Shown: one piece after another, positions 47,857-56,937 of the stretch
How positions within the stretch are numbered: position 1 is the stretch's first letter
Layout: every line of letters begins with the position of its first letter
Source: Candidatus Thorarchaeota archaeon
Lineage (GTDB): Archaea > Asgardarchaeota > Thorarchaeia > Thorarchaeales > Thorarchaeaceae
DNA: 56,937 nt
NCBI GenBank assembly: GCA_016839605.1
Contig: JAEOTX010000022.1
Location: 1-56,937 of the forward strand
Direction: 5' to 3'
Notes under the pieces: model-generated
What the model was told of the DNA's origin: nothing
What the model saw: only the letters and a program-made list of their open reading frames with translations
Databases searched by the model: none
Program-made: the position numbers and the translations under genes

Positions 47857-48030
47857 TTATTGTAATTGATCTCTCGATTTCCGCTTGGCTTTCCTGCGGT
47901 ATTCACCATATCGGTCTTGAGGACTGTACTTTGGGGGCTGTGGGGAAACTACTGAACCCCCACACACAGGACACTTTTCTTCCTCAAGCGTATATTGGGA
48001 ACAGTCTGTACACTTAAAGAGGCGAGCCAT
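47857..48030 (-). CDS. nop10: H/ACA RNP protein Nop10 (absent from ORF track)
   Basis: Manual translation MARLFKCTDCSQYTLEEEKCPVCGG..PPKYSPQDRYGEYRR; follows aIF2-alpha. Confidence 0.93.
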   Translation of the reverse strand: MARLFKCTDCSQYTLEEEKCPVCGGSVVSPQPPKYSPQDRYGEYRRKAKRKSRDQLQ

Positions 48031-48039
48031 GACAGACCA

Positions 48040-48834
48040 CTACTTCCGGTCAAACTCGAAGGAGCCGCCCTTTCCCTCTACAATCTTGGTGACCTTGCCC
48101 AAGATACCTGAAAGGACCTCCTCTCCTTCTTGATAATCAGGACTCTGTATTCTCAGCTTGTATCGTGGCGAACCAAGTGTGTAAATCTCAACTGTTGATT
48201 TTTCCATGGACTGACCTAGGGTTAGGCCCTCTGAAAGTGCCTTTTTTATGACCTCGACGCCCTCAGGGCCGGGAACAAGAATTTTCATTTCGCCCTCTAT
48301 TTCAATTGACGGTATCTCAATCCTGACTTTTGCTAAATCTGCAATCTGTTTCTTGAGTTTCTTCGTGGACTCAACGTGTTCTAATGCGTCTAAGCCTACA
48401 TCGGACGCAAGCTCAAGTCCCTTGTAGATCTCACCAAAGGCATCCTCCATGGGCCAGCCTATCTTCTCATAGACCTTCTCAAGAGTCAAGTCGTTTTCTT
48501 TTGCTATGAGTTCTAGGAGTTTCTCTGCCTTCTGTGCACGTTTCCATTCATTGTTTTTCGCTCTCCTAGCTTCAGTAGATACCCTTCTCAGAGAGCAGTC
48601 AATGTGACGTTTCTGAATGTCAACCTGCAGGACCTTTATCACAACGCGCTGATTTTCGTGGATATGATTTCGAATGTTCCTGACCCACGTGCTGCTAACC
48701 TCTGATATATGGATGAAGCCCTCTTTGTCGCTAAATTCAGGAAGCTTGACGTATGCGCCATATGGAGCCACTTTGGATGCAACTGCAATGGCATATTCAT
48801 CTTGATGTGGCCATTCTGCACGTTTCAGGACCAT
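48040..48834 (-). CDS. eif2a: Translation initiation factor aIF2 alpha
   Basis: S1 domain YGAYVKL..EGFIHISEVS..; GSPRY. Confidence 0.95.
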   Translation of the reverse strand: MVLKRAEWPHQDEYAIAVASKVAPYGAYVKLPEFSDKEGFIHISEVSSTWVRNIRNHIHENQRVVIKVLQVDIQKRHIDCSLRRVSTEARRAKNNEWKRAQKAEKLLELIAKENDLTLEKVYEKIGWPMEDAFGEIYKGLELASDVGLDALEHVESTKKLKKQIADLAKVRIEIPSIEIEGEMKILVPGPEGVEVIKKALSEGLTLGQSMEKSTVEIYTLGSPRYKLRIQSPDYQEGEEVLSGILGKVTKIVEGKGGSFEFDRK

Positions 48835-48927
48835 TATCTCTTCTCCTTCTGGGGAATCCACAATGGTGTGCTAATATAGATTTGGGAGTGAAAAGGAATT
48901 GACAGACTCTGTAGAGGTCTATCGGTC

Positions 48928-49128
48928 TCAAGGATACTCTTCAATTTCTCGTGCAATAGCCTCAAGCTTTGCCTTACCGCCACTCGGACGAGCTAAGACC
49001 TTTTCACACTTCAGGCATTTCACTTCGGTCGTAGCGTGAGCGAAGATGATCTGTTCATTCTCGCAATCCAGACACTTGACCTTCAGGAACCGTGACCTTG
49101 GCTGCTGAACTATCTCTCCCTTAGTCAT
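48928..49128 (-). CDS. rps27e: 30S ribosomal protein eS27
   Basis: PRSRFLKVKCLDC..C..C..PSGGKA. Confidence 0.95.
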   Translation of the reverse strand: MTKGEIVQQPRSRFLKVKCLDCENEQIIFAHATTEVKCLKCEKVLARPSGGKAKLEAIAREIEEYP

Positions 49129-49137
49129 TATCTTCAC

Positions 49138-49419
49138 CTATACTCGAAGTACTTCGAGCTTCTTCACCCTGATGCCCTTTGCCTGGAAGGTGTGTTCGCA
49201 ATCCTTGCATTTGTACTTGAGCACAGTCTTCTTTGTAGTCTTTGCAAAACGCTTCTGGATGTTTTTCGGGAATGAGCCGTAACCCTTTGTCTTCCTCTTC
49301 ATCCGGCGTTCGCCCTGTGCCATGCTTCGCCTCTTTCCTGCCTTGTATGGAGATATGGAATGCATAGTATGGCTCTTGCATCTGGGACAGTATTTTCTGA
49401 GCTCGCCTTTGATCTTCAT
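49138..49419 (-). CDS. rpl44e: 50S ribosomal protein eL42 (L44e)
   Basis: YCPRCKSHT..KTTKK..CKDC. Confidence 0.95.
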   Translation of the reverse strand: MKIKGELRKYCPRCKSHTMHSISPYKAGKRRSMAQGERRMKRKTKGYGSFPKNIQKRFAKTTKKTVLKYKCKDCEHTFQAKGIRVKKLEVLRV

Positions 49420-49507
49420 GCGAATCACCAGTCTCGGGCTTTGGGACCCGACTCTGAATCGTTTATAACCCTTAGGGCATGTGCCTTAGGAATTACTAGG
49501 AGTTGTC

Positions 49508-49705
49508 CTATATCCAGCCAAATTCGGTTGCGAGATGGGATATAACAGTAGCAATCAGTAACAGAGCTGCAAATATCACAACCATAGTTGGACCCACCTT
49601 TATACCAGGTGTCTCGTCCTCGAAGAAACGTATAAGCCCGGCTCCACCACTCGGCATTGGCCCCTCTCCACGTTTCTTCCTGCGTTTCTTTGAGGTCTTA
49701 GGCAT
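49508..49705 (-). CDS. secG: Preprotein translocase Sec61-beta (SecG)
   Basis: GAGLIRFFEDETPGIKVGP plus TM helix. Confidence 0.92.
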   Translation of the reverse strand: MPKTSKKRRKKRGEGPMPSGGAGLIRFFEDETPGIKVGPTMVVIFAALLLIATVISHLATEFGWI

Positions 49706-49826
49706 GCCATTGCATCTCCTGATTGGTCAAGTGAGCGATACCTGCGTTTTTAATCCTTCCGACATGAAGGCGTCCTAGAAACCGCTAGATTCATCTCTTT
49801 CATTACGTTCTCCGTAAGTTCGATTA

Positions 49827-50360
49827 TTACCCAATCTTCCGAATGACTGCCGAAGCTGTATCGTGCAGCACCTTTGAAATGCTGGATAGCATCTGAATAG
49901 TCTGTTGTTGTTTCTGCAGCATATTTTGCAGATCTATGTTTGCCAGTTGCGCGTCATCGCCAATTTCTGACAATTTGCCTTCCCATTCCTTTATTCTTGC
50001 ATCAAGTTCTTCCGATTGATCGATGTATGATTTTGCTTTCTCCACAGAAGTGAGGATGGAGTCTTCCCTCTCCACTACCTTGAATTTATTCGATTTCTCA
50101 TCATATTTCCAGACATCACCGGTCTTGGTATTCAATATGAATTCACCAGCAATCTGATACTTTCCAGATTTCTCTTCACTCCTGGAACTCATATCACTAG
50201 GGGCTGGTTTCCGTGCCTGACTTGAGCTTGATGTGCCAATGGGCTTCCTTTTCACAGACGGAGGGGTCTGAGAAACATGATGTCCACATTTCGGACAATT
50301 CTCCGCTCCAGCAGGAATGGAGGTTCCACATTCACGACAATACTGATTTTGCCTACTCAT
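49827..50360 (-). CDS. Zinc-ribbon protein with C-terminal helical hairpin resembling T3SS needle subunits
   Basis: CRECG..CPKCG; S/P-rich linker; C-terminal LQNMLQKQQQTIQMLSSISKVLHDTASAVIRKIG. Confidence 0.7.
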   Translation of the reverse strand: MSRQNQYCRECGTSIPAGAENCPKCGHHVSQTPPSVKRKPIGTSSSSQARKPAPSDMSSRSEEKSGKYQIAGEFILNTKTGDVWKYDEKSNKFKVVEREDSILTSVEKAKSYIDQSEELDARIKEWEGKLSEIGDDAQLANIDLQNMLQKQQQTIQMLSSISKVLHDTASAVIRKIG

Positions 50361-50465
50361 GAGTAATCACAAGTTTCTGCGGTGCTGTTTACAGATTAAA
50401 GCTCTCTGGAATATTCCGTCTTGAATCTGAGAGAGTCTATTCCGCATCAATATGTGACCAGTCTA

Positions 50466-51311
50466 TCACATGTCTCGATGCCTCAAGTATCTCAGCATCA
50501 GTCCTGTGACAAATGCGAACACCGCTATGCCCATTGCCACAGAAACTCCGAGATTTTCCATCAAAAACACAATGATGTCAGAAGGATTGGTGGGAGGACT
50601 TGTGATATCGGTGCTGCTGGTCGGGCTAGTTTCGGTGGTTGTAGTCGTTGTATCTGTTGTCCTGATGAGAGTGAATTCCGGTGGTTCAACACTGTTCAGT
50701 ACTCGGATATTATCAATTGCATGGGGTCCTTGTGCTAGAAAGCAGAAGTAGTTAGACGTACTGAAGGTGTTGTCCATAGTACAGATCATGAGAACGCCAT
50801 TTATGAAGACGTCCATCTCGCCAGACACTTCTCTAGTGACAGTGAAATTCCACCATCCAAAGAAGTTCTCACCATAGTTTGTGCCAATAGTGTCAATCGA
50901 TCCTGAATGTGCTAGCTGGAGTTTGAGGCGGTCTCTCTCAATTAAGAGTCGATATCCCTCTCCAGGATTATAGTTGAAGGATTGATCAAGAGTGTTGCAG
51001 ATAAACCACAGTGCAATATGATCTGTCCCGTTATGATAAATATCAAAGTTCCATGTGCCATTTGCCACAGTACTGTTTCGGTGTATCCAGTGAGGTCCTG
51101 AGCCCACTCCGCGGAGTGTCCCATCAGCAGCAGAGAATAAGCCCTGCGTGACAGTCCAATTGATATAACTTCCCTCATTAAAGTCATCATACCAGACCTC
51201 AGAGGTTACTCCCTGTGCTGATATAGGACTAATACCTCCATGCAAGACGATACTGAACCATAGTAGAATGACTAGAACAAATAGGCCTGCCCGGCATCGT
51301 TTCCGACTCAT
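50466..51311 (-). CDS. Cell-surface glycoprotein: signal peptide, ConA-like beta domain, Thr-rich linker, C-terminal TM
   Basis: WYDDF..W..G..; many sequons; TTDTTTTTTETS. Confidence 0.7.
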   Translation of the reverse strand: MSRKRCRAGLFVLVILLWFSIVLHGGISPISAQGVTSEVWYDDFNEGSYINWTVTQGLFSAADGTLRGVGSGPHWIHRNSTVANGTWNFDIYHNGTDHIALWFICNTLDQSFNYNPGEGYRLLIERDRLKLQLAHSGSIDTIGTNYGENFFGWWNFTVTREVSGEMDVFINGVLMICTMDNTFSTSNYFCFLAQGPHAIDNIRVLNSVEPPEFTLIRTTDTTTTTTETSPTSSTDITSPPTNPSDIIVFLMENLGVSVAMGIAVFAFVTGLMLRYLRHRDM

Positions 51312-51510
51312 CTACAGTTTCCCCAAATCCGAGGTCTGAATATATTTGCGGACTATAGCTCAATGGTATAATGCGTATGCTTGCATTTAGAATTATGCTC
51401 ACCTGACTAGTAATAGAACCAGGCCCCTCAAGAGTCAGCACATTCGCAGGATGCATTCCTGCCTAGTAAGCTCTATATGAGCATCAAATCGATGATGTTT
51501 TGGTGGTTAA

Positions 51511-52440
51511 ATGACCACACGACAACGTGATTTCCATTGGAATGAGGATTTTGAACTTGTCAGAAACTTCCTCATAGAGATATTCAACTTGACAAAATCT
51601 CTTCATAATATGATTCCCTCCAGGTTTGAGAATAGGAAATTCGGTCCTTGTGGTCCAGAATACACAGATGAAGATGACAAACTTGTCAAGATCTGGGAGG
51701 AAACGGACCGCCCAAAGGAGCAGAAACTCATCGCTGTGACCATTCTTGATACCTCTCCTGTGTCATATCTCAACATTCATCCAGACTATATGCATGTCGA
51801 GAAAGATATCATACTTGCAATGGAAGAACAGAAGAAGGCGATGGGAAAAACCGATGATAGAGAGGTCCGAATTGCATTCGTGACTCCTGCAAGTCACACT
51901 CAGCGACAGGAACTTCTGAAAGAGCTTGGTTATGAAAATCTTGGTAACTACGGACATAATCGAATTAGACCCGTTGACCTGGTTGTACCGGATTATCAAC
52001 TTCCCGATGGCTACTCGATAAAACATGTTGATGTTGCTGATGAATTCGAAAAATATCACGAGGTCATTGGTTCAGTATTCTCTCATTGCGGAAAATACAT
52101 GACTGAGAAAATGGCCAAGATTTACAGTGAAGCTTCATTCTATCATGATGGTATGGATTTAGTTGTGGTTACACCTGATGGGAACTTTGCTGCGTTTACA
52201 ACTATTAGGATTGATCCTGTGAGTGGGATTACCGAATTTGAACCAGTTGGCACTCACCCAGATCATCGAAAACTTGGCCTAGCGAAGTCTATTATCCTCG
52301 AAGGACTGAAACGTCTAGAGAGACATCACCCCTCGTTTGTCTGTATTCCAGAAGCTGCGGATAATGAAGGTGCAACGAGGTTATACGACTCTCTTGGGTT
52401 CTCTAGGGAAAATCTCTGTGTATGGAGAAAATTCCTCTAA
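51511..52440 (+). CDS. GNAT-family acetyltransferase
   Basis: FEPVGTHPDHRKLGLAK; ATRLYDSLGF. Confidence 0.88.
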   Translation: MTTRQRDFHWNEDFELVRNFLIEIFNLTKSLHNMIPSRFENRKFGPCGPEYTDEDDKLVKIWEETDRPKEQKLIAVTILDTSPVSYLNIHPDYMHVEKDIILAMEEQKKAMGKTDDREVRIAFVTPASHTQRQELLKELGYENLGNYGHNRIRPVDLVVPDYQLPDGYSIKHVDVADEFEKYHEVIGSVFSHCGKYMTEKMAKIYSEASFYHDGMDLVVVTPDGNFAAFTTIRIDPVSGITEFEPVGTHPDHRKLGLAKSIILEGLKRLERHHPSFVCIPEAADNEGATRLYDSLGFSRENLCVWRKFL

Positions 52441-52454
52441 CGGATCATTTTGGA

Positions 52455-52751
52455 TTATCTGGTATCCAGACACTTACAAGGAGTCTTTCCACATCTTGAG
52501 CAGGCGTTATTGTACTTGTTAAGTAGGGCTTCCCCTAGGTCTATTTCTAGAAGATTCGCAATTGAGATTACCCATGCAAAGACATCTGCAACTTCATCTA
52601 TGATGTATTCCATTCCTCTCTCCTTGGAAATTGCATCACTCAGTTCAGCAAGCTCCTGGAATGTTCTTAGAAGAGTGCGCTCCATTCCTCTTTCTTTGTC
52701 CCTCTCAAGATAGATACGACGAATCAGGTCCTGAGCTTTCTCAATATCCAT
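52455..52751 (-). CDS. MazG-like nucleotide pyrophosphohydrolase
   Basis: ELAEL..DEVADVFAW; C-terminal CSRCGKTPCKC. Confidence 0.88.
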   Translation of the reverse strand: MDIEKAQDLIRRIYLERDKERGMERTLLRTFQELAELSDAISKERGMEYIIDEVADVFAWVISIANLLEIDLGEALLNKYNNACSRCGKTPCKCLDTR

Positions 52752-52795
52752 TGCTTCATCCTCCGGGAGGGATGAACCCACCATTAAATGGGCTC

Positions 52796-54127
52796 CTACA
52801 TGAACCGTAGGTGCGCATACGCATCCGTATCAGTGTCGAATGCATAGTGCACCTTCTGATAGTCCTTCCTGAACTCGGAAGCGTCAGCAGCAATCTTCTC
52901 TGTCTTCTCGCCCTTCATCACCAGACGCGTCATGAGCTCTGCAACAGCATCCATTTCAGACTCTTTCATACCCAGACGTGTCAACTCGCTTGTTCCTAGT
53001 CGGATACCCCCAGGAGTTTTGTAGTCACGGCCTCTCTTCTTGTCCCAGGGCAGGAGGTTCCTGTTGATTACAATGTTCGCGTTTTCGAGCTCTTCTTCCA
53101 CGGTCCGACCATCTTTCATAGGAGTTTCAGTGACATCCACCAAGATGACATGGGACTCCGTGAAGCCCTTGTGCTCTGCTATGACTTGCCAGCCCCGTTC
53201 ATGCAAAGATTGCGCCAATGCTTTTGCATTCTTAAGAATCTGGTCCATGTACTCGACACCAAACTCCATCAACTCGGCCAGAACCACGGCAAGACCTGCG
53301 ACATTGTGCAGATGATGGTTGCTCAGAAGGCCTGGAAATGATGCTCTCTTTATAGGCTCAGCAAACTCTTCTTGGGCCAAAATGATTCCATGTTGTGGAC
53401 CGGGCATTGTCTTATGCGTAGACGCAGTCATCATGTCCGCACCCTCTCTTAATGGGTCCTGGAATCTTCCTGCTGTAATTAGACCAGACACATGCGCGGA
53501 GTCGTAGCCAATTGTCATTCCGTACTCATCTGCGATGTCACGGAACTCCTTGACAGGGTGTGGGAATGGAAACACGCTGCCTCCGAATAGGAGAAACTTG
53601 ATCTCATCGCCCTTGTTCTGAAGCTTCTTGATGAGGTCAATGCTTGCATCAACATCGATATTGAACTCCTCATCATTGAACACCCAGTTGCGTACCTTAT
53701 GACCCCTTATAGCTCCTGCAGTACCACCAAGGTTCTTCCTAGCGTGGGAGATGTGTCCTCCATGTGCGATTGAAAGGGCTAGCATCCTCTCATTCGTATC
53801 CATGGCTGCTGTGTACATTGCAAGGTTCGCAACAACACCAGATATGGGCCGGACATCTGCGAAAGGTGCATTGAACAGCTTCTTCGCGAGGTCTATTGTG
53901 ATTAGCTCGACCTCGTCAATGAACTTGCAGCCAGCGTATACCCGTTCTCCAGGCCATCCCTCTGCATAGCGGTCTCGAAAGTCGCATACGATTGCAGACC
54001 TGACAGCTGGTGACGACACGTTCTCGGATGCGATGAGGTTTATTGTGTTCTGCATCCATGTATCATGTTTTTCGATCAAATCAAAGACCTGATCGTAGAG
54101 TTTCTTATGTTCAGTCAACTCGGACAC
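52796..54127 (-). CDS. glyA: Serine hydroxymethyltransferase (archaeal type)
   Basis: LIASEN, YAEG, GGHISH, STHKTMPGPQHG, GIRLGT. Confidence 0.96.
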   Translation of the reverse strand: MSELTEHKKLYDQVFDLIEKHDTWMQNTINLIASENVSSPAVRSAIVCDFRDRYAEGWPGERVYAGCKFIDEVELITIDLAKKLFNAPFADVRPISGVVANLAMYTAAMDTNERMLALSIAHGGHISHARKNLGGTAGAIRGHKVRNWVFNDEEFNIDVDASIDLIKKLQNKGDEIKFLLFGGSVFPFPHPVKEFRDIADEYGMTIGYDSAHVSGLITAGRFQDPLREGADMMTASTHKTMPGPQHGIILAQEEFAEPIKRASFPGLLSNHHLHNVAGLAVVLAELMEFGVEYMDQILKNAKALAQSLHERGWQVIAEHKGFTESHVILVDVTETPMKDGRTVEEELENANIVINRNLLPWDKKRGRDYKTPGGIRLGTSELTRLGMKESEMDAVAELMTRLVMKGEKTEKIAADASEFRKDYQKVHYAFDTDTDAYAHLRFM

Positions 54128-54412
54128 TCCTGAGCCTAGACGATGCGTGCGCTAGAAGTGTCCTCGTTATATGGCTTACGACCTGACTCGACTACACTGT
54201 TTCTTCAAAAAGGGAGAATCGCGCTTCAAACCGCTAGATTCTTCTCTCTTCTTTCCCATACCAAATAGACTAGGTGTGATTCGGCGGGTCTGGGACATTG
54301 CTGTCGACTCTTCTGAACCCTGAATGACTCAACTAGAGCAACATACCCATGAGAACGCAAACCATTGTTCTCTGAAAACCAATGTGCCAGACGTGGCGAG
54401 AGGGAATGAAGG

Positions 54413-54631
54413 ATGTTAAGGACAAAGATTGACTGGCGAGCCGTGGCAAAAGCATTGACATGGCGGGTTCTGGCCACTGCGACGACCATTACCGTTGCAT
54501 TTGTTTTCACAGGATCTGTAGAAATCAGTCTTGGAATTGGGAGCATCGAGGCATTACTGAAGTTGGCGTTCTACTACTTCCACGAAAAAGCATGGGATAG
54601 GGTAGTAGTAATGCCTGAGGGAACGTCATGA
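54413..54631 (+). CDS. DUF2061-like small membrane protein
   Basis: KALTWRVLAT...YYFHEKAW. Confidence 0.8.
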   Translation: MLRTKIDWRAVAKALTWRVLATATTITVAFVFTGSVEISLGIGSIEALLKLAFYYFHEKAWDRVVVMPEGTS

Positions 54632-54677
54632 GAGAAACGCATAAAGAATCTGTTTCTCGCAGACCTGAAGCGTTTCG

Positions 54678-55217
54678 CTAGATATCCCGTAATTCAGGTA
54701 ATCGGACGACCAGATCGGTAAATACCTCTTCGATATTCTCTCCTGTTTTTGCTGAAACCTCGAAGTATCTCACCTTTAACCACTCAGCAAGCATCTTTCC
54801 AGCCTGAATCGGCACCAGTCTTGTTTCCATGTCTATTTTATTTGCCACCAAAGCGACACTAGCTGTAGGGCACACTGCTACAAATTTCATGAACCACTCG
54901 TGAGCAGTCATGAATGTGGGAGGTCTCGTCACATCGTACACAATCAGCCCCATCATAGCACCGGCCATATAGCGTCGCCTCAACTCATTATACGAAGGTT
55001 GACCTGCCAAGTCCCAAAGAACAAGTCGTATGCGCAATCGTCGGCCTGATGGATTGGTGTGATCAATCGTCTTTAGTGAGAAAGCAGTCCCAATTGTAGA
55101 CTTGTAATCTGCATTGAATATGTTATCCGTGTATCTTTTGATGCAGCTAGTTTTGCCTACCCCCCAATCCCCAAGTGCGACTAGCTTTAGTAAGAGGGGA
55201 GAGGGTTCATCGTCCAT
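54678..55217 (-). CDS. Rab-like small GTPase
   Basis: GDWGVGKT, YKSTIG, WDLAGQ, NKID, EVSAKTG; no prenylation tail. Confidence 0.92.
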   Translation of the reverse strand: MDDEPSPLLLKLVALGDWGVGKTSCIKRYTDNIFNADYKSTIGTAFSLKTIDHTNPSGRRLRIRLVLWDLAGQPSYNELRRRYMAGAMMGLIVYDVTRPPTFMTAHEWFMKFVAVCPTASVALVANKIDMETRLVPIQAGKMLAEWLKVRYFEVSAKTGENIEEVFTDLVVRLPELRDI

Positions 55218-55396
55218 TCAGAGTAGCTCCTAATACGGCATCTGTAATTCTCTCGACAAAATCAGATAATAACCATTCTAGGATGCCGTGTATGAACATC
55301 AGAGAATAAAAGAAAGAGTGTAACGAGCAATCAACCGATTGCCCGCTTTCGCAACTGCTGTCAGTTGCATAGAATTGTTAGTGTTGTCAGTGACTT

Positions 55397-55927
55397 TTAG
55401 TATCGACGTCTGTCGCGGCCGCCACCACCGTAGCCACCGCCACCACGCCTGTCTCTGCCACCGCCATAGCCACCGCCGCCACCGCGTCGGTCTCCGCCAT
55501 AGCCGCCTCCGCCTCGACCGCCACCACCGTAGCCTCCACGGCGACGGTCGTCTTCATGCTCCTCAGCACTCATATCAACATCCATGTTGACTTCGTCGAT
55601 TGCTTCCTCAGCCTCAGACACCTCACCATACTTCCCAATGTTGAGACGTAGGTTTCCTCTGAATAGGCCTGTGTAGCCGTTCTTCAGGGTGTAGGTGTTT
55701 CCGATCGCTAACTCGTCTATGTTTGCATCCCAAAGGGGTACTGCCACACGCGCGGTTGAGTCGCCAACCACGGCATCTAGCACGCGATGACTCTCCCCAC
55801 TTCCACGTGAGGTTACCTCGCGCTCTTCTCCCATCTCCATTATTTTGAAGGAGATGGTGACATTCTTCATTCGTGGCTTCAACTCAGCCACTGTAGCCTC
55901 AATAGGCTCTCTGTCGTTGTAACTCAT
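55397..55927 (-). CDS. ssb: Single-OB-fold SSB with RGG/YGG low-complexity tail
   Basis: VAELKP..VGDSTA..LW..NGYTGLFRGNLRLNIG; tail (GGYGGG/RDRR)n. Confidence 0.85.
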   Translation of the reverse strand: MSYNDREPIEATVAELKPRMKNVTISFKIMEMGEEREVTSRGSGESHRVLDAVVGDSTARVAVPLWDANIDELAIGNTYTLKNGYTGLFRGNLRLNIGKYGEVSEAEEAIDEVNMDVDMSAEEHEDDRRRGGYGGGGRGGGGYGGDRRGGGGGYGGGRDRRGGGGYGGGGRDRRRY

Positions 55928-56340
55928 TGTATATACTCTCACTTGAGAATAACAGGTCCTGCAAAACTAGCGTGATCTTCCGTGGAGTGCGATGTTGGAT
56001 TGAACCCTCAAAGAAACCAGTCTGAAAAGCAGCTCTTTCGTGGTACTCCTGCAGCTTCATGCCGCGGGAATTTGCTTATGATGTTATCTATTGGACCTAT
56101 TCTAGCTAGTTAGATGTTGAATCAGACGAGTATCAGAGAGCTCGAGTTCAAAGAGTCAGGGGACCACACTCTGCGGCTCGAGAACAATGATGAGGAGTTC
56201 CGAGAATGACACTGTGCTCAATGCAGGAGAAGAATTGATGATTCTCATATGGAGAGGGGGTCGGTTTTGGTTTTGCCGTCTTGGACTAACCTAATTTCCT
56301 CGCAAGCCTTAATTTCATTCGCAACTCGGGAGGTGTGAGT

Positions 56341-56937
56341 GTGTCCCGTGGTATGTACGAGGAGATTGACAGAAGCGGTCAGGCAAAATGGACACTTCCT
56401 ACGATTATGGGTTTCATTGTAACTGTTGGATTATTGACTGTGAAACTCTTTGGGGATCCTCTGGGAGATCCTCCGTATAACAATCGAGTTGATGTTGTAT
56501 TCCTTATTGGATTTGCACCAGTAGGAGCTTGTCTTCTAGGGAGTCTATTTGGAGTACTAAGAAAAAGAGCTACTAGAGTGAATCCAGACCGACTTGAATT
56601 CAGTGATGATGTCAGAAATTTGGATGATTTTGGAGAAGTGTATTATGAAGGCGATTTCAAAACTGGTGAATTGGGAGGTCATCCAGTATATGGATGCGGT
56701 TGGGCTATTACTCTAATGCTCACAGTATTCTTGGGATTCATGGTTCTTTTCTCAATGGATGTTGTAGGGCCTGTAATTGGCTCGATAATGGAAATCATCC
56801 TTGTGGCTGTTTTCTACATAGCAGGGTATGTTTCTGCCTTTAGAGGGGTACCAATGGGAAGTAAATTGGTCAAAGATCCTCTACATCATCGCATTACTAA
56901 ATATCTAACAAAATATGATGTGCTTCAAAGTATTACA
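56341..56937 (+). CDS. Hypothetical membrane protein, 3' truncated
   Basis: GGAGGTG then GTG; frame appears open to the window end; several hydrophobic segments. Confidence 0.7.
   Translation, partial: MSRGMYEEIDRSGQAKWTLPTIMGFIVTVGLLTVKLFGDPLGDPPYNNRVDVVFLIGFAPVGACLLGSLFGVLRKRATRVNPDRLEFSDDVRNLDDFGEVYYEGDFKTGELGGHPVYGCGWAITLMLTVFLGFMVLFSMDVVGPVIGSIMEIILVAVFYIAGYVSAFRGVPMGSKLVKDPLHHRITKYLTKYDVLQSIT

Noticed and set aside
49761-49797. SECIS-like ATGAA..AAA..GA hairpin
   Set aside because: Stem too short and no plus-strand gene with an in-frame UGA upstream
49800-52450. Integron cassette array
   Set aside because: Mixed gene orientations, no recognisable attC sites and no integrase
54345-54375. 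GCAAACCATT resembling a c-di-GMP-I riboswitch
   Set aside because: The GNRA loop, receptor and second stem are absent
55397-55545. GC-rich tandem repeats as a CRISPR array or satellite
   Set aside because: They are codons for the Gly/Arg-rich SSB tail; there are no spacers

Overview
Archaeal chromosomal window, most consistent with an Asgard archaeon (possibly Thorarchaeia; inferred from the gene set, not tested). Core genes: ribosomal proteins, RpoD/RpoN, aIF5B, aIF2-alpha, Nop10, Elf1, PolD DP2, RPA, SSB, RadB, XPD, Lhr, TopA, archaeal lipid genes (egsA, carS, an Aeropyrum-type mevalonate operon) and folate/C1 genes (folP, mptE, gcvT/H, glyA). Eukaryote-like proteins: two small GTPases, a STT3-like AglB, an OSTC/DC2-like protein, a Wbp1/IFT52-like GIFT protein, PAC4-like and SWS1-like proteins, and Sec61-beta. 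Read directly from the DNA: a tRNA-Ser(GCT) with two BHB introns, an SRP RNA with an atypical helix-8 loop, tRNA-Pro(CGG) with a 21-bp att-like duplication enclosing an M23 peptidase, two small genes absent from the ORF track (Nop10 and a 38-aa Ost4-like membrane peptide), and a probable CTG start for topA. Leading novelty candidates: a zinc-ribbon protein whose C-terminus aligns with the type III secretion needle subunit, a dispersed eukaryote-like multi-subunit OST set, and the tRNA-integrated M23 mini-island. All homology calls come from motif recognition and recalled sequences; no searches were run.
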